Shown in pieces: positions 60,901 through 64,000 of a stretch of 64,000 nucleotides of DNA. The DNA is taken from the IMG/VR virus record IMGVR_UViG_3300035515_000158. One strand, 5' to 3'. This DNA is from a virus. Its lineage: Duplodnaviria > Heunggongvirae > Uroviricota > Caudoviricetes. The translations under genes and the position numbers were made by a program. The notes under the pieces were generated by a model. The model ran no database searches. It was given only the letters and a program-made list of their open reading frames with translations, and was not told the origin of the DNA. How positions within the stretch are numbered: position 1 is the first letter of the stretch; every line of letters begins with the position of its first letter.

Positions 60901-61405
60901 ATCATTAACTATGTCCCCTGATAGTTGGGGTGTCGCCGCAGTTGAAGGAAAATATGTGATGACATTCAGTGCAACTTTTGGAGATGGCCCAGTTTTGTGT
61001 GATAATAAAGGTGGTGTCTCAACAGTATCAAGTTATAAATCAGGAACAAAAACCACTACGAAAACAATTTCGTGTGTATATCCAGTATATATAAATTCAT
61101 CAGAAATTACAACTATGACAAGTATGACAAAAGATTATTTCTCAGAAGTTGAAATTTCAGTGACAATACCTATGGAAACAAGTGATAACAAATTTGAAAT
61201 CCAATTACCGGATAGTGTTAAATTAGTTTCTGTAAAACAATTAAATACGTTAAATAATACTTATGATATAGATGTTAGTATGGTAAATGCGGAAAGTATC
61301 AATAATGAAACATATAATAAAACATATGTAAGATATGTCCGCACTACTGATACAAAAGATATACAAGGTAGCTCTCAATATAAAATAAGAATTAAAAAAG
61401 CATAA
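57905..61405 (+). CDS. Tail fibre-like protein with ~33-aa repeats
   Basis: Many KGYLTEHQDLSDYAKKSDIPDVSKFITDSDVEK units; CATAAATA at 57866-57873. Confidence 0.75.
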   Translation: MSNYNQYVYDKDLWMTGNTPNTLKSGGKYPVVADEQWSTLEDALNFINDSNSSAIPGMVITVVSDGDNNGVYFVESIGGDDTEGKLVKLSDNDDLQKLKEDLSNLKTETGEIDLSNYYTKSEIEEKNFLTDSDLTNYVKSDDVYSKSEIDGIKSEIIKDNSEKIDTLKSEIETNLSDYAKKSDIPDVSKFITDSDVEKKGYLTEHQDLSDYAKLTDIPDVSNLVSNDDLEGKGYLTEHQDLSDYAKKSDIPDVSKFITDSDVEKKGYLTEHQDLSDYAKLTDIPDTYTKSEIDKIKDSITDTHSSDIERLTKQVKLNTETLSSLQGADGTLNLNNLYYTKQEILDKGYVTSSELEEKGYAKSDNVNEKFVELTGQINTLENKTSSLSDRVKKIESDYLTSVDKEDIKTWVGEQGYLTEHQDLSEYAKLTDIPNVSDLVSNDDLEEKGYLTSDDISDLAKKSEIPDVSKFITDSDVEKKGYLTEHQDLTDYAKKSEIPDVSKFITGSDVEKKGYLTSDDLTGYAKSSEIPDISNLVSNDDLEGKGYLTEHQDLSEYVKKSDIDELVSNDVLDEYAKKSDIPDTSEFITDSDLTKKGYVTSDKLASDVESLTDMIADVSEDVSGLTDKIEELGGSDIATKTWVGEQGYLTEHQDLTGYAKSSEIPDVSKFITDSDVEKKGYLTEHQDLTGYAKTSDIPDVSNLVSNDDLEEKGYLTSDDISDLAKKSEIPDVSKFITDSDVEKKGYLTEYQDLSDYAKLTDIPDVSNLVSNDELESKGYLTEHQDLSEYAKTSDIPDVSKFITDSDVEKKGYLTEHQDLSEYAKSSEIPDVSKFITDSDVEKKGYLTEHQDLSEYAKSSEIPDVSNFVSTDELSELEQKHDDDISKINTSITNITGGDLNYVSSAEDSWKTSAVGGVSANMSPSDFEGKTLSEVFDMILYPTLQPTVTQPSVTLTYSGSTLILAGQILPAINTVVTSTNRGTTTYTNKDGNKYYAGEVTTSSLTMSPDSWGVAAVEGKYVMTFSATFGDGPVLCDNKGGVSTVSSYKSGTKTTTKTISCVYPVYINSSEITTMTSMTKDYFSEVEISVTIPMETSDNKFEIQLPDSVKLVSVKQLNTLNNTYDIDVSMVNAESINNETYNKTYVRYVRTTDTKDIQGSSQYKIRIKKA

Positions 61406-61414
61406 TCATAGATC

Positions 61415-64000
61415 ATGGGAAAAAAATATAATGGTATTGTAAATTTTTCATCAAGTATCAATGTTCAAAAGACAAGTCCTCTGGATTCAAGATTTGTAGT
61501 TGAAACAAAAGATGATTTAATTAATGGAACCATAGACTGGCCTTATGTCGGTCTAATGGTGTATGTGGTGGAAGACCAAAGTGTCTGGACATTAACCAAT
61601 GATGATAAGGTAACTGACATTGAAGGTTGGAAAAATATTACAGATACTTACACAAAAGAAGAAATTAAAAATCTTCTTGATGGTATTACTGCTGGTGACA
61701 GTGTAGATGTAACTGAATTAAAAGAAAGAGTAACTGAACTTGAATCAGACAACGCAACTAAAACTTGGGTTGAAGAACAAGGTTATGTTACTGATTCAGA
61801 TGTCTCATCAAGAGGTTATTTGACTAAACACCAAGATTTGACTGATTATGTTACCAAGTCTTATTTAACACAACAAGGTATTACAGGTGGTAATCAAGTC
61901 GATTTAAGTGGATATGCCAAAACAGAAGATTTAACTGAAGTATCTAATGAAGTAGAATCAGTAAAATCAAAAGTGACCGAAATCGAAGGTTCAATGGTAA
62001 CTGATGATGTCTTAGATGATTATGCTTCTAAAAGTTATGTAAACAATACTTTCGCTAAGAAATCCGATTTACCTGACACCAGTAATTTGGTATCTAATGA
62101 TGAACTTACTGAAAAGGGTTATGCTACCGAAGAATGGGTTGAAGAACAAGGTTATTTGACCGAACATCAAGATTTAACTGGATATGCTAAGTCAAGTGAA
62201 ATTCCTGATGTATCTAATCTTGTGTCTAATGATGACTTAGAAGGAAAAGGTTATTTGACCAGTGATTCTATATCTGACTTGGCTAAAAAATCAGATGTAG
62301 AAAGTATCCAATCACAGGTTAATGAATTGGATGAAACTGTAAATGGAATTAAAGATACAGTTGATGGTGTTGAAAATGAAACCCCATCATTATTGTCAAA
62401 AGTAAATGAAATTGATGAAAAGGTAAAATCAGCAAAACAAACAGCTGATACACTTTCTGAAACTGTTGATGATTTGACAGATAAAGTAAGTAATGAAGAA
62501 ACGGGTCTTGAAACAAAAGTAAATACCCTTTCATCTGACATTAAAACTATTACAGGTCAAGTTACAGAACAAACAAATACAGTTACTGAATTAAAATCAG
62601 ATATTGAAACTATTGAAGATAAGTTAAACAATGAGGAAACCGGACTTCAACAATCAGTGTCTGACCTTAACTCACAAATCAATGTATCTTCACAAACAGT
62701 AGAACAACTTAAATCAGATGTCAAAGGTCTTAATAGTGATATAACTAATGAAGAAACGGGTCTTGAAACAAAAGTAAATACCCTTTCATCACAAGTTAAA
62801 GAAATCGGTGGACAAGTTACCGAATATAATAACACTATCGACGAACTTAAATCTGATATTGAGGGTATTGATAGTGATTTGAATAATGAAGAAACTGGTC
62901 TTGTAAAATCAGTATCTAATATCACATCACAATTAGTTACTGATAACCAACTCGTAGAACAACTTAAATCTGATATTGAGGGTATTGATAGTGATTTGAA
63001 TAATGAAGAAACTGGTCTTGTAAATGAAGTATCAAATATTTCTACACAAGTCGCTGGTTTCAAAAATGACATGACTCAACTTAAATCAGATGTTGAAACC
63101 TTAGATGAAAAATTAAATACAGAGGACACAGGTATTAAAGATGAAGTGGATGAATTGAAAAAATCTACTGACCAAATATCTGGAGTAATCACACAATCTA
63201 AATCTGATATTGAGGAACTAACTGAAAATATCTCTGATTTGGATGACCAAGTTAATAATGAAAATACAGGTCTTAAAAAGGAAGTATCAAATTTGTCAGC
63301 AACAGTCGCACAAACTAAACTTGATGCAGAAGATTTAAGTTCAACCTTAGAAAAGACCGAAGAACATATTTCAGAAGATAAATCAACTATCGAGAAATTA
63401 GATGAAACCCTTAACAACATTGACAAAAAGTTAAATGATGAGGAAAATGGTATTAAACTCGATGTTGAAAGTGTATCTGGTAAAGTCGATGAATTAGACC
63501 AACGTGTTAACCAAGCTGATGAAACAGTTACAGGATTAAATAACACCCTTGATGATATTGATGATAAGGTAAACAATGAAGATGATGGTCTATTAGTTAA
63601 ATTAGGTGAAACCGAGAGTAAACTAAATGAACTTATCGGTGAAGATGAAACAGTATCATCATTAATAGATATTGTTGGTAAAATTAAGGAAAGTTATTTG
63701 ACTGACTCAGATTTGACAGACTATGTTACTTCTTCCGAACTTGAGGGTAAAAAGTATTTAACTGATGAAAATTTATCAGAATATGCTAAATTAAGTGACA
63801 TTCCTGATACAAGTAACTTAGCAAACAAATCAGAACTCGATAACTATGTTACAAATGAAACTTTAACTGGAGAAGTAGAAACTATCAATTCTTCTATTGA
63901 TGGTGTATCAACTCGTGTTTCTGACATAGAAAAGGATTACTTGAAGTCAAGTGATAAGACAACACTTCAATCTAACATTGATGGTGTATCTGGTAGAGTT
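61415..64000 (+). CDS. Second fibre-like protein with coiled-coil NEETGL repeats, runs off window end
   Basis: ATG at 61415 (MGKKYNGIVNFSSSINVQKTSPLDSRFVV...); shares YLTEHQDL repeats; absent from track because no stop in window. Confidence 0.8.
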   Translation, partial: MGKKYNGIVNFSSSINVQKTSPLDSRFVVETKDDLINGTIDWPYVGLMVYVVEDQSVWTLTNDDKVTDIEGWKNITDTYTKEEIKNLLDGITAGDSVDVTELKERVTELESDNATKTWVEEQGYVTDSDVSSRGYLTKHQDLTDYVTKSYLTQQGITGGNQVDLSGYAKTEDLTEVSNEVESVKSKVTEIEGSMVTDDVLDDYASKSYVNNTFAKKSDLPDTSNLVSNDELTEKGYATEEWVEEQGYLTEHQDLTGYAKSSEIPDVSNLVSNDDLEGKGYLTSDSISDLAKKSDVESIQSQVNELDETVNGIKDTVDGVENETPSLLSKVNEIDEKVKSAKQTADTLSETVDDLTDKVSNEETGLETKVNTLSSDIKTITGQVTEQTNTVTELKSDIETIEDKLNNEETGLQQSVSDLNSQINVSSQTVEQLKSDVKGLNSDITNEETGLETKVNTLSSQVKEIGGQVTEYNNTIDELKSDIEGIDSDLNNEETGLVKSVSNITSQLVTDNQLVEQLKSDIEGIDSDLNNEETGLVNEVSNISTQVAGFKNDMTQLKSDVETLDEKLNTEDTGIKDEVDELKKSTDQISGVITQSKSDIEELTENISDLDDQVNNENTGLKKEVSNLSATVAQTKLDAEDLSSTLEKTEEHISEDKSTIEKLDETLNNIDKKLNDEENGIKLDVESVSGKVDELDQRVNQADETVTGLNNTLDDIDDKVNNEDDGLLVKLGETESKLNELIGEDETVSSLIDIVGKIKESYLTDSDLTDYVTSSELEGKKYLTDENLSEYAKLSDIPDTSNLANKSELDNYVTNETLTGEVETINSSIDGVSTRVSDIEKDYLKSSDKTTLQSNIDGVSGRV

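Noticed and set aside
1-64000. Stop-codon recoding (TAG->Gln as in Lak megaphages)
   Set aside because: Conserved genes are intact and densely packed in the standard code; the only TAG stop I noticed (4556) ends a full-length protein.
1-64000. tRNA/rRNA genes
   Set aside because: Intergenic gaps are short and AT-rich; no cloverleaf or T-loop signature seen by eye (tRNAscan not run).

Overview
AT-rich segment of a large (jumbo) T4-like dsDNA phage, standard genetic code, probably infecting a Bacteroidota host (TTTG-N20-TAnnTTTG promoter, DUF1566-like and fibre-repeat proteins). It carries virion genes (gp4-like, tape measure, hub, neck, fibres), replication genes (RNase H/5'-3' exonuclease, gp32-like SSB, primase), a phage sigma factor, DnaK, GroES, a VWA/MoxR-like AAA pair, guanylate kinase and class III RNR. 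Highlights: (1) four paralogous genes built from 22 ~62-aa Zn-binding repeats with hypervariable positions fused to a Vsr/PD-(D/E)XK-like nuclease, three stacked between nrdD and nrdG; (2) nrdD fractured at its catalytic Cys by a split intein with a GIY-YIG endonuclease gene between the halves; (3) an IS607 (tnpA/tnpB plus a small extra ORF) inserted precisely in the fourth repeat-nuclease gene; (4) a perfect 37-bp inverted repeat 49 kb apart; (5) a three-class promoter pattern. All family assignments come from motif recognition by eye; no database searches were run.
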